Below, piece by piece: positions 25,840 through 38,219 of a DNA stretch of 64,000 bases; positions within the stretch are counted from its first letter, which is position 1; every line of letters starts with the position of its first letter. Made by a program: the position numbers and the translations under genes. The notes beneath the pieces are model-generated. The model was not told the origin of the DNA. It saw only the letters and a list, made by a program, of their open reading frames with translations, and ran no database searches. Source of the DNA: Centroscyllium fabricii (Eukaryota); NCBI GenBank assembly GCA_051313645.2, contig JBNRSN020000011.1, positions 96,224,001-96,288,000 on the forward strand. The letters run 5' to 3'.

Positions 25840-26449
25840 GGCCAAATCTTCCTAGAAAAAAAAGCAGGTTAACAACACACACCGTTACTAACGTGCAAAT
25901 TAGCCAGCAAATTCAGGGGTTGAAGAGATACACCGAGTTGTGGTCGAGTTAGGCCTCCCCACCGTTTGCCTCGCACAACGGCATCTCTTCTTAGCCCCTC
26001 CATTATTTAAGAATTTGCACATTAATTACCCAATAAACTTGCCACAGAAAGTTAGGGCTCAATTAATAACTAGTAACCTTTTAATGACAAGGTAATTGTC
26101 AACACAATGCCAATCAATCTCGGTGGCTCAAAAAAGGTAACAATTTAAATGTAGTAAATTGCGAGATTTTTTCCTATCTTTTTTCTCACCATCAAATCTT
26201 TCTTTCCCTCATTTCTGTACCCGATTTGACTAATTTACCCTCTTCTCTGTCCTGTTTCTTTCTCAATCCTTTAATCTCTGATTAAGGAGATACACTGTTG
26301 GTCCGGTCATTCACAAAGTCCCTAGATACCCATTGCCCTCGCCGCACCATCATCAGCTCACACTTCCAGCAAGTTAGAGAGCAAATAATTTGAGCTGAAA
26401 CATGCAGGAGAAAGTCTAACGGTGCCTGCCGCAAGAGTAATATTTGGCC
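25840..26449. mobile_element. Non-autonomous GGCC-terminal TIR element
   Basis: GGCCAAAT…ATTTGGCC termini; splits a sequence that is contiguous at 24842-24946. Confidence 0.6.
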
Positions 26450-27029
26450 GGTTATTTTTTTCATATTGTTATTCAGTCTTTCTACTCTGTAAATAGTTAC
26501 ACGGCTGATTTCAGCACTTACCATTTACGTAAATAATTTTATCCTAATCTATACCTTTCATTAGTCCAACACACAAATTACTGTAGTTGCAAAATTGAAA
26601 AAAGTGGACGTTTGGAACAGAAGCAAGCTCTGTATAGCAGAAGATTGCCAAATGCATACCACTCAGTATAAACACATTTTAAGAATAGCCTTTATTGTAA
26701 CTTCTGGAATCTGCAAGGCTTTTATTCCAAATTCATTTCTTCCTACCTACTACAGAAAATGATCTAATCATTTACATACAAAACGATGTCAATATTATAT
26801 GCTTGAACTTTGACGTGTTCTTTTTAAATTGTTAAATTTAAGAAACTATCTACTTTTATTTGCCAATTTACCATATTGAACAAATCTCAATGCTTGGATT
26901 ATGCACAGTTTATGTTCAATCAAAATTATGTTCAGCAGCTATATATACTGCTCCTAGAATAGTAGGCAAACAAATTACTCGGGCTCTAATGAGCCTCCTC
27001 AAATTTGACTGAAGTCCCTGTTCAGGGAA

Positions 27030-29468
27030 TTTAGAGACGTGTGCAATAAGGGCACAGCAGTTATCATGGTTGACTTTAATCGACATATAGATTGGGCTAA
27101 CTAAATTAGTAACAATACTGTGGAGGAATTATTCCTGGAGTGTATACGGGATGGTTTCCTGGACCAATATGTCGAGGAACCAACTAGAGATCAGGCCATC
27201 TTGGACTGAATATTATGTAATGAGAGGATTAATTAGCAATCTTGTTGTGCGAGGCCCCTTGGGTTGGAGATCTCTGAGAATTCTTCATTCTTCATTAAGA
27301 TGGAGAATTGGGAAATGTCACTCAAAGGGTTGACGGTGGATAGGCAATGGCAAACATTTAAAGATCGCATAGATGAACTACAGAATTTGTTCATCCTAGT
27401 TTGGCATAAAAATAAAACAAAGAAGGTGACTCAACCATGGCTAACAAGGGAAATTAGGGATAGCATAAGATCCAAGGAGAGGACATATAAATTGGCCAGA
27501 AAAAGCAGTAAACCCAAGGATTGGGAGCAGTTTAGGATTCAACAAAGGAGGACAAAGGGATTAATTAAGAGGGGAGAAATAGAGTACGAGAGTAAGCATG
27601 CAAGGAACATAAAAACTGACTGTAAAAGCTTTTATAGATATGTGAAGAAAAAAGGATTGGTGAAGTCAAGCGTAGGTCCCTTGCAGTCAGAATCAGGGGA
27701 AACTTATAATGGGGAACAAACAAATGGCAGACCAATTAAATGCATACTTTGTGTCCTCTTTTGTGAAGACAGAACCAAACAACCTCCCGGAGATGTCAGG
27801 GAACATAGGATCTAATGAAAGGGAGGAACTGAAAGAAATCAGTATTTGTAAGGAAATGGTGTTAGGGAAATTGACGCAATTGAAGGCCGATAAATCCCCA
27901 GGGCCTGATAATCTACATCCTAGGGTACTTAAGGAAGTGACCCTGGAAATAGTAGATGCATTGCTGGTCATCTTCCAAAATTCGATAGACTCTGGAACAG
28001 TACCCATGGATTGGAGGGTAGCTAATGTTACCCCACTATTCAAAAAAGGTGAGAGAGAGAAAACGGGGAATTACATCGGTAGTGGGGAAAATGCTAAGAG
28101 TCCATTATAAAAGATGTAATAGCAGAGCACTTGGAAAACAGTGACCGGATCGGACAAAGTCAACATGGATTTACAAAGGGTAAATCGTGCTCGACTTATC
28201 TACTGGAATTTTTTGAAGATGTAACTGGTAAAATAGATAAGGGAGAACCAGTGGATGTGGTGTATTTGGACTTTCAAAAGGCATTTGATAAGGTCCCGCA
28301 TAAGAGATTAGCATGTAAAGTTAAAGCCAATGGATTGGGGGCAAGGTACTGACTTGGATAGAGAACTAGTTGGCAGACAGAAAGCAAGTTGGCAGACAGA
28401 AAGCAAAGAGTTGGAATAAACGGGTCCTTTTCCGAGTGGCAGGCAGTGACTAGTGGGGTACCGCAGGGATCGGCCCTTGGACCCCAGCTATTCACAATAT
28501 ATATCAATGATCTAGGCGAGGGAATAGATGCAATATCTCCAAGTTTGCAGATGACACAAAGCTGGGTGGGCGTGTGTGCTGCGAGGAGGATGCCGAGCAA
28601 CTCCAGTATTATTTGGACAGGTTGGGTGATTGGGCAGAAGCATGGCAGATGCAACGTGGATAAATGCGAGGTTATCCACTTTGGTATCATAAACAGGAAG
28701 GCAGATTATCTGAATGGCAACAGATTGGGAGAAGGGGAAGTGCAACAAGACCTGGGTGTCCTTGTGCACCAGTCGCTGAAGGTAAGCATGCAGGTGCAGC
28801 AGGCAGATAAGAAGGCAAATGGTATGTTGGCCTTCGTAGCGAGAGGGTTTGAGTACAGGAAAAAGGATGTATTACTGCCGTTGTACAGGGCCTTGGTGAG
28901 ACCACATCTTGAGTATTGTGTGCAGTTTTGGTCACCTTATCTGAGGAAGGATGTCCTTGCCATGGAAGGAGTGCAGCGAAGATTCACCAGGCTGATACCT
29001 GGGATGGCAGGAATGACATACGAGCAGAGATTGGGTCGATTGGGTTTATACTCGCTGGAGTTTAGAAAAATGAGGGGAGAGGGAATCTCATTGAAACATA
29101 TAAAGATTCCACCAGGACTGGAGAGACTAGATGCAGAAAGGATGTTCCCGATGGTCAGGGAGTCCAGAACCAGGGGTCACAGTCTAAGGATAAGGGGCAA
29201 GCCATTTAGGACAGAGATGAGGAGGAATTTCTTCACCCAGAGAGTGGTAAACCTGTGGAATTCTCTACCACAGAAGGCTGTCGAGGCCAATTCATTAAAT
29301 ATATTTAAGAAGGAGTTAGATATATTTCTTAAGGCTAAAGGGATCGAGCGATATGGAGAGAAGGCAGGGACAGGGTACTGAATTTGGATGATTAGCCATG
29401 ATCTCATTGAATGGCAGAGCAGGCTTGAGGGGCCGAATGGCCTACTCCTGCTCCTATCTTCTATGTTT
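27030..29468 (+). mobile_element. CR1 LINE, 5'-truncated, frameshifted ORF2
   Basis: End of endonuclease, RT motifs and complete 3' tail; same subfamily as 414-1480. Confidence 0.95.
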
Positions 29469-30439
29469 CCTCTGTCAGGTTTCTCCTTTGGGTTAGTATA
29501 GTTTCTTTTTGCTGCCTGCATCTGTAACTTTTCAGATAATTTCATACTTCAATCTTTTCTCTCTTCATCAGACTCTTAATTGCATTCAGCAAACCTTAAA
29601 CTCCTTTAGCCAAAAAAAAAAACCTACGGTTGGAGAGCAGCAACTAATTTATTTGAATACAATACCATAAGGATGATCAGCATCCCACATGCACTTACAG
29701 CAGACCACAAACTGAAACTCAATCCCTGGCTAGCTATCCTCAACAACCAATGTTACAAATGGCAAACTGTTCTTATAACAAGGAGTTAAAACTTTGCATA
29801 TGGCTATATATTTCATACATTATTTGGGTGCAGTGGTTTATCAAGACATCTCACTACATCAGGCTTGATTAATTATTTAAATGGCTTTAGAGTTGGCATT
29901 TTATTTTTCCAGTAAACCACAATTTGTCATCATATGCTCCATTCAAATTTTATGCAAACTATCAAGAGCAGCATTTTAAGATTGTTTAAAACAATTTAAG
30001 CATGGACCCTATAACTAACACACTTTGATGGACTCAGCGAAGACATGTACTTAACCCAAAAACCCTGGCTCCTAAATTTTTTCTCCACTTTCTCTTTAAT
30101 AGCAGTCAACAATTTAGTTTACACTATAATTACATTGATTAATAATGACAACATAGTCCAAGAGTATTCCATATACTTTTGCATGAAAAAACACCATTAG
30201 AAAAGTAAAAATGAAGTATTAGGATTGTAATGAAGTGAATCATAATGACCGCAAGCTGATTTTTGCACCTGCTCGAAATGTTCATGAATTACGGAAAAAT
30301 CCTTGTAGAACACGTCAGGTTAGTGCAGGTCATATGGCTTTACATTAAAAAAAACTTTATATTGGTTACTGTACAGATCTTCAAAAGCTACTAGTTTACT
30401 AACCAATCTAAAAAGGGTACTATTTGGTGGTGTAAATGT

Positions 30440-31180
30440 ATTCACAAATCTTTGAAGGTGGCAGGGCAAGTTGATAAGGCAGATAAAAAAGCATATGGGA
30501 TACTTGGCTTTGTAAATAGGGGCACTGAATACCAAAACATGTAAGTTGTGCTACACATTTACAAATCACTTGTTAGGCCTCAGCTGAAATGTTGTGTACA
30601 ATTCTCAGCATCACACTTTAGGAACAGGTCAAGGCCTTGGAGAGGGTACAGAGGCAGTTTACCAGGATGATGCCAGGGATGAGGGACTTCAGTTATCAGG
30701 AGAGATTGGAGAAGCTGGAATTGTTCTCCTAAGAGCAGTGAAGGTTAAGGAGAGACCTAATTGAGGTATTCAAAATTATTTGGTGTTATTGATCGAGCAA
30801 GTAGGGAAAAACTAGGGAGAAACTGGTTCCTCTGGCAAGTGGGTTGGTAACCAAAGGTCATAGATTCAAGATAAGAACATAAGAAATAGGAGCAGGAGTA
30901 GGCCAACTCGGCCCTTCGAGCCTGCTCCGATAATTGGCAAAAGAACTAGAGGTGAAATGAGGAGAATCTTTTCCACATAGAGTTGTTAAGATCTGGAACT
31001 GCCTGAAAGGGTGGTAGAGGCAGAAACCCGCATCACATTTAAAAAAAATACTTGGATATGCACTTGAAGTGCCCTAACCTACAAGGTTGTAGATCAAGCG
31101 CTGGAAAGCTCCTTTTCGGCCAGCACAGACACGATGGGCCAAATGGCCTCCTTCTGTGCCGTAAATTTCTATGATTTCAT
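30440..31180 (+). mobile_element. Decayed CR1 3' region with a short inverted tail piece (about 30874-30910)
   Basis: YKSLVRPQL…ALERVQRQFTRMMPGMR motifs. Confidence 0.8.
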
Positions 31181-31196
31181 TCTATAGAATGCAATA

Positions 31197-31878
31197 CAGG
31201 TTGAACACCATTAAGCTGGCATGGGTGGGACCAGGCCCGTGCTGGGAAAGTGAAAATCCCGAATGATCGAAGCTTCGGCGAGCGCATGCGCAGACCATTC
31301 AAAATGGCCGCTGCGAAAGGCCGGTGGCCATTTTGAGTGGTCTGCGCATGCGCTTATCCTTCGGTAAGGCCCGGCTCGGCAAGGCAAGGCAAGGCCCGGC
31401 TCGGCAAGGCAAGGCAAGGCTCGGCAAGGCAAGGCAAGGCAAGGCCCGGCTCGGCAAGGCAAGGCAAGGCCCGGCTCGGCTCGGCAAGGCAAGGCCCGGC
31501 TCGGCAAGGCAAGGCCCGGCTCGGCAAGGCAAGGCCCGGCTCGGCAAGGCAAGGCAAGGCAAGGCCCGGCTCGGTAAGGCAAGGCAAGGCAAGGCAAGGC
31601 AAGGCAAGGCCCGGCTCGGTAAGGCAAGGCAAGGCCCGGCTCGGTAAGGCAAGGCAAGGCCCGGCTCGGTAAGGCAAGGCAAGGCCCGGCTCGGTAAGGC
31701 AAGGCAAGGCCCGGCTCGGTAAGGCAAGGCAAGGCAAGGCAAGGCACGGCTCGGTAAGGCAAGGCAAGGCAAGGCAAGGCAAGGCCCAGCTCGGTAAGGC
31801 AAGGCAAGGCCCGGCTCGGTAAGGCAAGGCAAGGCAAGGCCCGGCTCGGTAAGGCAAGGCCCGGCTCGGTAAGGCAAG
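31197..31878. mobile_element. Tigger-like NRF1-motif MITE, copy 3 (one end only), running into an (AAGGC)n-CCGGCTCGGY satellite
   Basis: TA|CAGGTTGAACACCATTAA; satellite 31362-31878. Confidence 0.85.
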
Positions 31879-31906
31879 GAAAGCTCTAAATTCAGAAGGA
31901 GATAAT

Positions 31907-32747
31907 GGGCCCTGTTTTCCTGTGCTCCAGAGGAGCTGCACCCCCACGAAGGGGGGTCAGAAATGCCTCGTGGGGGTGCAGCACGGGGGATGCCCACGAA
32001 TGGGAATTTCCTGTGCTGATGGGCAAGGCCCTTCAGCTCCCAACGCAGGAAGACCTTGCACTGACGATTTCCTGTCAGAACGGGTGATTTTTAGAGAGTA
32101 ATTCCGTGTGCAACTGGCTCACAAGCTGCCCACGAAAAAACCAGGAGTAAGAGGGAGAAGATTTAGTTTTTGAAGCAGGTAAGTTAATTTTTTAACTTTA
32201 ATTTTAATTTTTTACAGTTTTGGGGAGTAGTGTGGCCAGATCGGTAGCGTTAAATTTTTAAGTTAAAGTTTTTTTTTTAAATTAACAAATCCGATTTTAA
32301 GTTAATTTACCTGTTTCAAATCGCTAATTTTTAAAGTTATATTTCTGAAATTTTTAACTCTCTAGCTAATTTAAAAAAAAATTAAATCTAAGAGGAAAAA
32401 ATCGCTGACTTACCTTCCGTTTCTTCCTGTGAGAAGCTGCTGTGCCCCCGCGCTGCTCCCCGCGAGTCTGTTGTGCAGCTCCGCACTTCCCTGCTCTCAC
32501 TAAGGTCCGACTCGGGATCTCGTCATTTAAATTAGGGATCTGGGGGGCGTTTTTTATTTAAATTAGGGATCGGTGGGGGCGTGGCTGGACACGCACCAAC
32601 AAAAGCCAGACCCCTACGCAGCACCCGAAGACGTTTTTTTAAACAGGAAATTGACGTTCTGTTTTCTGAAAAAAGTTGGTGCGTGCGATTAGGCATCCCC
32701 AGGGTCCTAGCGCACGCACTAACCGGCACACAGGAAAACAGGGCCCA
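31907..32747. mobile_element. Non-autonomous ISL2EU/Harbinger-like TIR element
   Basis: Perfect TIR GGGCCCTGTTTTCCTGTG…CACAGGAAAACAGGGCCC flanked by AT/AT. Confidence 0.85.
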
Positions 32748-33266
32748 TTATAGTGAGAAAGGAGAATAAACAAACTCAGGCAGCTGATGTCACAGTGGCA
32801 ATGAAAGGATTGATAGTCATAATTAATCTTTTTTTCTATTTTACCTAAACACTATAGCTAACAAGCTTGTTATTCACAGGAGTAATGAGACAATATTTCT
32901 GTAGTTTGTTTTGTTAATTAATCTATTAGCATGCAATATCAGTAGAAATTATGTTCACTTCACAAGAAAAGTTATTTACGGAGAGAAAAACTGTGGTACT
33001 GGCATTATCAAACCTCAATACCTATTCTTCTAAATGCTTTCATATTTTATTTTAACAGAAATACCAATTATAAACTTCATTCTAACACGAGCTACAGTTA
33101 CAATAGTTCTGACAACTCATTAATACTCCAGACTCAAAGATTATAGATGCAAAAATTAGGCATGCATGCATTTTGCCAGAAAATTGAAGAGCAATTATCC
33201 CAAAAGAATACATTCTCCCAGTATGAAACACTGACCCTCATTCCTTTTAATTGCAGCAATCCTCAC

Positions 33267-33377
33267 CTCATTTTGTTGAAGTGTCTCCACTATTTTCTTT
33301 TCATGCTCTAAGGCAGTCTGTATAGTATCAACGTCATGTTGAACACTAGTAAGTGTGCTCCCGATTGTGGCAACACT
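33267..33377 (-). CDS. EFCAB14: EFCAB14 exon (approximately human exon 5)
   Basis: SVATIGSTLTSVQHDVDTIQTALEHEKKIVETLQQNE vs recalled human SVASIGNTLNSVHLAVEALQKTVDEHKKTMELLQ; 111 nt, CAG/GTGAG. Confidence 0.95.
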
Positions 33378-33897
33378 CTGCAAAAATCAATGCAATCAAT
33401 TAATTCAGTTTATCTTTTTACACATACATTCCTCTCTGCAATTTATCAGCATATTTTTTATTTAAAAAAATCAAGAGCATGTGCCTCCAGAAATTACTGG
33501 AGCATTAATGCACTCAGGTCAATATATTTTTATATTCATTCTCTGGATATGGGCATCGCTGACATTGAATGCCCATCTTAGGTGCCCTTGAGATGGTGAT
33601 GATGGGCCTTCTTGAACCACAGCAATCCACGTGGTGAAAAGTACTCCCACAGCTCTGCTGGGTACAGAATTGGGCCATTCCAGTAATATTTTCCCCTTCA
33701 ACAGCCTCCTTTAAAGTAGCTTTCTGGCAGTGCTTGTAGCCACTTCCCTAATCATCGATCCGACTTGGGTCTAAGCCCCAACTGTAAAACACCTGGAGAT
33801 AATTTGCCATGTTAAAAATGTTACATAAAAGCAAGAACTTTTAAATGTTTCATGAACACTTCTATCATCAGATGTGGTGAAGATGAATATGCCTGTA

Positions 33898-34767
33898 CAG
33901 GTTGAGCACCATTAATCCGGCACGGGCGGGACCAGGACCATGCCGGGAAAGTGAAAATCGCGAACGATTGAAACTTAGGAGAGCGCATGCGCAGACCATT
34001 CAAAATGGCCGCTGCAAAAGGCCGGCGGCCATTTTGAGTGGTCTGCACATGCGCTTATCGTTCGGGGAGTCACGGCCAAGCCCGCGTTCGGGGAGTCCCG
34101 GCCAAGCCCGCGTTCATAGAAACATAGAAGATAGGAGCAGGAGTAGGCCATTCGGCCCTTCGAGCCTGCTCCGCCATTCAATGAGATCATGGCTGATCAT
34201 CCAAACCCAGCACCCCACCCCTGCCCTCTCCCCATATCCCTCGATCCCTCTCGAGCCTGCATCGACACATATCCCACCCTATCCCCGTAACCCCACATAT
34301 TCAATCCCCCCTTTCACTAAGGGTCAATTTATCCTGGCCAATCAACCTAACCCGCACATTTTTGGACTGTGGGAGGAAACTGGAGCACCCAGAGGAAACC
34401 CACGCAGACACGGGGAGAATGTGCAAACTCCACACAGATAGTACCCGAGGCTGGATTTGAACCCGGGTCTCCAGTGCTGTGAGACAACAGTGTTAACCAC
34501 TGTGCCACCGTGCCGCCCTGGCCAAGTTCGGGGAGTCCCGGCCCATCCCGCGTTCGGGGAGTCCCGGCCCAGCCCGCAATCAGCTCGGAGAGACCATGGT
34601 GAATGATCTGCGCATGCGCTCGCCGTTCGGCGGCACATGCGCAGATCATTCGCCGAAGCATGAATCGCGGCGGCCATTTTGCGCATGCGCAGGGCAGTCG
34701 GGGAAATTATTGCCGGACGTTCGAAGTTTCCGATGTTTCAGGTAACGGATTAACCGTGCACAACCTG
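33898..34767. mobile_element. Tigger-like NRF1-motif MITE, copy 4, with nested SINE
   Basis: TA|CAGGTTGAGCACCATTAATCC…GGATTAACCGTGCACAACCTG|TA. Confidence 0.9.
34115..34518 (-). mobile_element. Full-length HE1-like SINE
   Basis: 5' GGGCGGCACGGTGGCACAGTGGTTAAC (A box), GGTTCAAATCC (B box), CR1-type tail. Confidence 0.92.
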
Positions 34768-34827
34768 TACTACATTAGAGGGCTTTCAGTCAAACAGATC
34801 ATGCTATATGAAACTACAAAAATATAC

Positions 34828-34926
34828 CTTCTGGAGTTCTTCCACAGTGACTGGAAGGTTGATCAAGTCAGATGCTGATTTGACATTGGCTTTTAAATGG
34901 GCAACAGCTGAATTCAGTTGGTTAAT
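34828..34926 (-). CDS. EFCAB14: EFCAB14 exon (approximately human exon 4)
   Basis: INQLNSAVAHLKANVKSASDLINLPVTVEELQK vs recalled human ISLLTSAVNHLKANVKSAADLISLPTTVEGLQK; 99 nt, AG/GT. Confidence 0.96.
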
Positions 34927-35276
34927 CTGGTAAAAAAACAAGAATGTTTTAGAATTATACACTTAGCAAATTTGAGGGTCAAAATAACTATCAGATTTAA
35001 AGGCCAATACAACTCCCAGCCTTGCCTCAATTCTAACAGTCTGTACCATGTGTTTCTCCACAAGTCACCTAGTCTAATCCCACTTATATTTACTCCCCAT
35101 ACTGTATAATATTTTTCTTTAAGCAACTGTCTAATTTCCTTTTAAAAGAATTTATGGGCCCTGCATCAACAGCAATTTGAAAGAACATTCCACATTCTAA
35201 CCACCCTTGCTAAAGATTTTTGCTAATTTCCCCTTTTGATTCCTATAAATTTGTGGCCTCTCATTTTGTTAATGTA

Positions 35277-35687
35277 TCATATAGAATCATAGAAATTTAT
35301 AGTACAGAAGGAAGCCATTTCAGCCCATCGTGTTCGTGCAGGCTGATAAAAAGCTATCCAGCCTAACCCCACTTTCCAGCTCTTCCAGCCCTGTAGGTTA
35401 CGGAACTTCAAGTGCACATTCAAGCACTTTTTAACTGTGATGAGGGTTTCTGCCTCTACCACCCTTTCAGGCAGTGAGTTCCAGACACCCCCGAGTGAAG
35501 AAATGTCCCCTCAAAATCTCCGACCAATTACTTTAAATCTATGCCCCCTGATTGTTGACCCCTATGCTAAGGGAAATAGGTCCTTCTTGTCCACTCTTAT
35601 CTGGGCCCCTCAATTTAATACACCTCAATCAGGTCTGCCCTCAGCCTTCTCTGTTCCAAAGAAAACAAACCCAGCCTATCCAATCTT
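35277..35687 (-). mobile_element. CR1 3' end
   Basis: (ATAGAATC) tail and VEAETLIT motif. Confidence 0.85.
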
Positions 35688-38219
35688 AACAGGAAATTAA
35701 TGGTAGGGAACATGGAGATGGCAAAAATGCTGAACAAATATTTTGTATCAGTCTTTACAGTGGAGGACACCAAGAATGTCCCAACACTGGACAAACAGGG
35801 GGCTGGGGGGGGGGGGGGGAGGAGCTAATTACGATAAAAGTCACTAAGGAAGTGGTACTCGGTAAAATAATGGGACTTAAGGACGATAAATCCCCTGGAC
35901 CGGATGGCTTACATCCTAGGGTCTTGAGGGAAGTGGCGGTAGGGATTGTGGATGAATCGGTAATAATTTTTTTAAACTCTCTGGACTTGGCAACGGTCCC
36001 GGCAGATTGGAAAACTGCTACTGTAACGCCTTTATTTAAAAAGGGTAGTAGACAGAAGGCTGGAAATTATAGACCAGTTAGCCTAACATCGATGGTTGGC
36101 AAAATGTTAGAATCTATTATTAAGGAAACAGTAACAGGACATTTGGATAATGGATAAATATAATTTAATAGGACAAAGTCAGCATGGTTTTACGAAGGGG
36201 AAGGCATGTTTGACAAATTTGCTCGAGTTCTTTGAGGATGTAACATATAGGGTGGATAAAGGGGAACCAGTGGATGTAGTGTATTTAGACTTCCAAAAGG
36301 CATTTGACAAGGTGCCACACAAAAGATTATTGCTCAAGATAAAAAAAATCACAGGATTGGGGGTAATATTCTGGCATGGGTGGAGGATTGGCTTTCTAAC
36401 AGAAAGCAGAGAGTGGGATAAATGGTTCATTCTCAGACTGGCATCAGTGACTAGTGGTGTTCCGCAAGGGTCGGTGCTGGGACCCCAACTCTTTACTATC
36501 TATATTAATGATTTGGAGGAAGGGACCAAGTGCAACATATCAAAGTTTGCAGATGACACAAAGATGGGAGGGAGTGTGATGAGTGAGGACGACATTAAAA
36601 ACCTGCAAATAAAGGAAGGAATCACGGTAATAGAGAGAAATGATATTGGGTCCAAAGATCAGGATAATGAAACAGTTTGGGTGGAAATAAAGAATAATAA
36701 GGAGAAAAAAACACTAGCGGGCGTAGTCTATAGGCCTCCGAACAGTTGCAACTCTGTTGGACGGAGTATCTATCAAGAAATAATCGAGGCTTGGAATAAG
36801 GGAACATCTATAATTATGGAGGATTTTAATTATCATATAAATTGGACGAATCAAATTGGGCAGGGCTGCCATGAGGAGGAGTTCATTGAGTGTATTAGGG
36901 ATGGGTTTCTTGAACAGGACGTAGCTGAACCGACCAGGGGGCAAGCAACCTTAGATCTGGTCCTGTGTAACGAGACAGGATTAATTAAAAATGTCCTGGT
37001 AAAGGATCCCCTTGGAATGAGTGACCATAACATGGTTGAATTCCATATTCAATTAGAGGGTGAGAAGGTTGGATCTCAAACCAGCGTGCTAAGCTTGAAT
37101 AAAGGAGACTATGTCGGTATGAGAGAGGAATTGATTAGAGTGGATTGGGAAAACAGATTAAAGGTTAAGACGATACATGATCAGTGGTGTACATTTAAGG
37201 AGTTACTTTACAATTTCCAAGAAAAATAAGTTCCACTGAGAAGAAAAGGGTGTAAAAGAAAAGAAAGCCATCCCTGGCTAAGCAAAGAAATTAAGGATAG
37301 TATTCAACAGAAAACAAGGGCATATAAGGTAGCCAAATCTACAGGGAGGATAGAGGATTGGGAAAACTTTAAAAGACAGCAACAATCAAAAAGATTGATT
37401 AAGAAAGGGAAGATAGATTCTGAAAGTAAATTGGCAAACAGATAGTAAGAGTTTCGAAAGTTATATAAAAAGAATAAGGGTGGCTAAAGTAAATGTTGGT
37501 CCCCCAGAGGATGAGATCAGGAAATTAATGGTGGAAAATATGGAGATGGCAAAAACACAATTAATATTTTGTATCAGTCTTTACACAGCAGAGGACACTA
37601 AGAATATCCCAACACTGGACAAACAGAGGTCTATGGGGGGTGGGGGGGGGGTGAAGGAGCTAAACACGATCAAAAACACTAAGGAAGTGGTACTCGGTAA
37701 ATTAATGGGGCTCAAGGCGGAGAAATCACCTGGACGTGATGGCTTACATCCTAGGGTCTTGAGGGAAGTGGCGGTAGGCATTGTGGATGCATTGGTAATA
37801 ATTTTCCAAAACTCCCTGGACTCAGCAAAGGTCCCGGCAGACTGGAAAACTGCGAATGTAACACCCTTATTTAAAAAAGGCAGTAGACAAAAGGCTGGAA
37901 ATTATAGACCGGTTAGCCTAACGTCTGTCGTGGGTAAAATTTTGGAGTCTGTTATTAAGGAGACAGCAACAGGACATTTGGATAAACTTAATTCAATAGG
38001 ACAAAGTCAGCATGGTTTTATGAAGGGGAAGTCTTGTTTGACAAATTTGTTGGAGTTCTTTGAGGAAGTAACATCTAGGTGGATAAAGGGGAACCAGTGG
38101 ACGTAGTGTATTTAGACTTTCAAAAGGCATTTGACAAGGTGCCACACAAAAGATTATTGCTTAAAATAAAAAATTACGGAATTGGGGGTAATATTCTGGC
38201 ATGGATAGAGGATTGGCTA
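35688..38219 (+). mobile_element. Two abutting CR1 ORF2 fragments (junction near 36607)
   Basis: RT to FADD, then an abrupt switch to endonuclease (VVYRPP, SDHNM) and a second RT start. Confidence 0.92.

Noticed and set aside
31211-31997. Repetitive ORFs (ALPCL/RQGKA)
   Set aside because: Translation of the AAGGC satellite.
34430-34518. tRNA gene
   Set aside because: tRNA-derived head of a SINE, continuous with the SINE core and tail.
36150-37229. 359-aa ORF with RT before endonuclease as a novel domain order
   Set aside because: Chance in-frame junction of two CR1 fragments near 36607.
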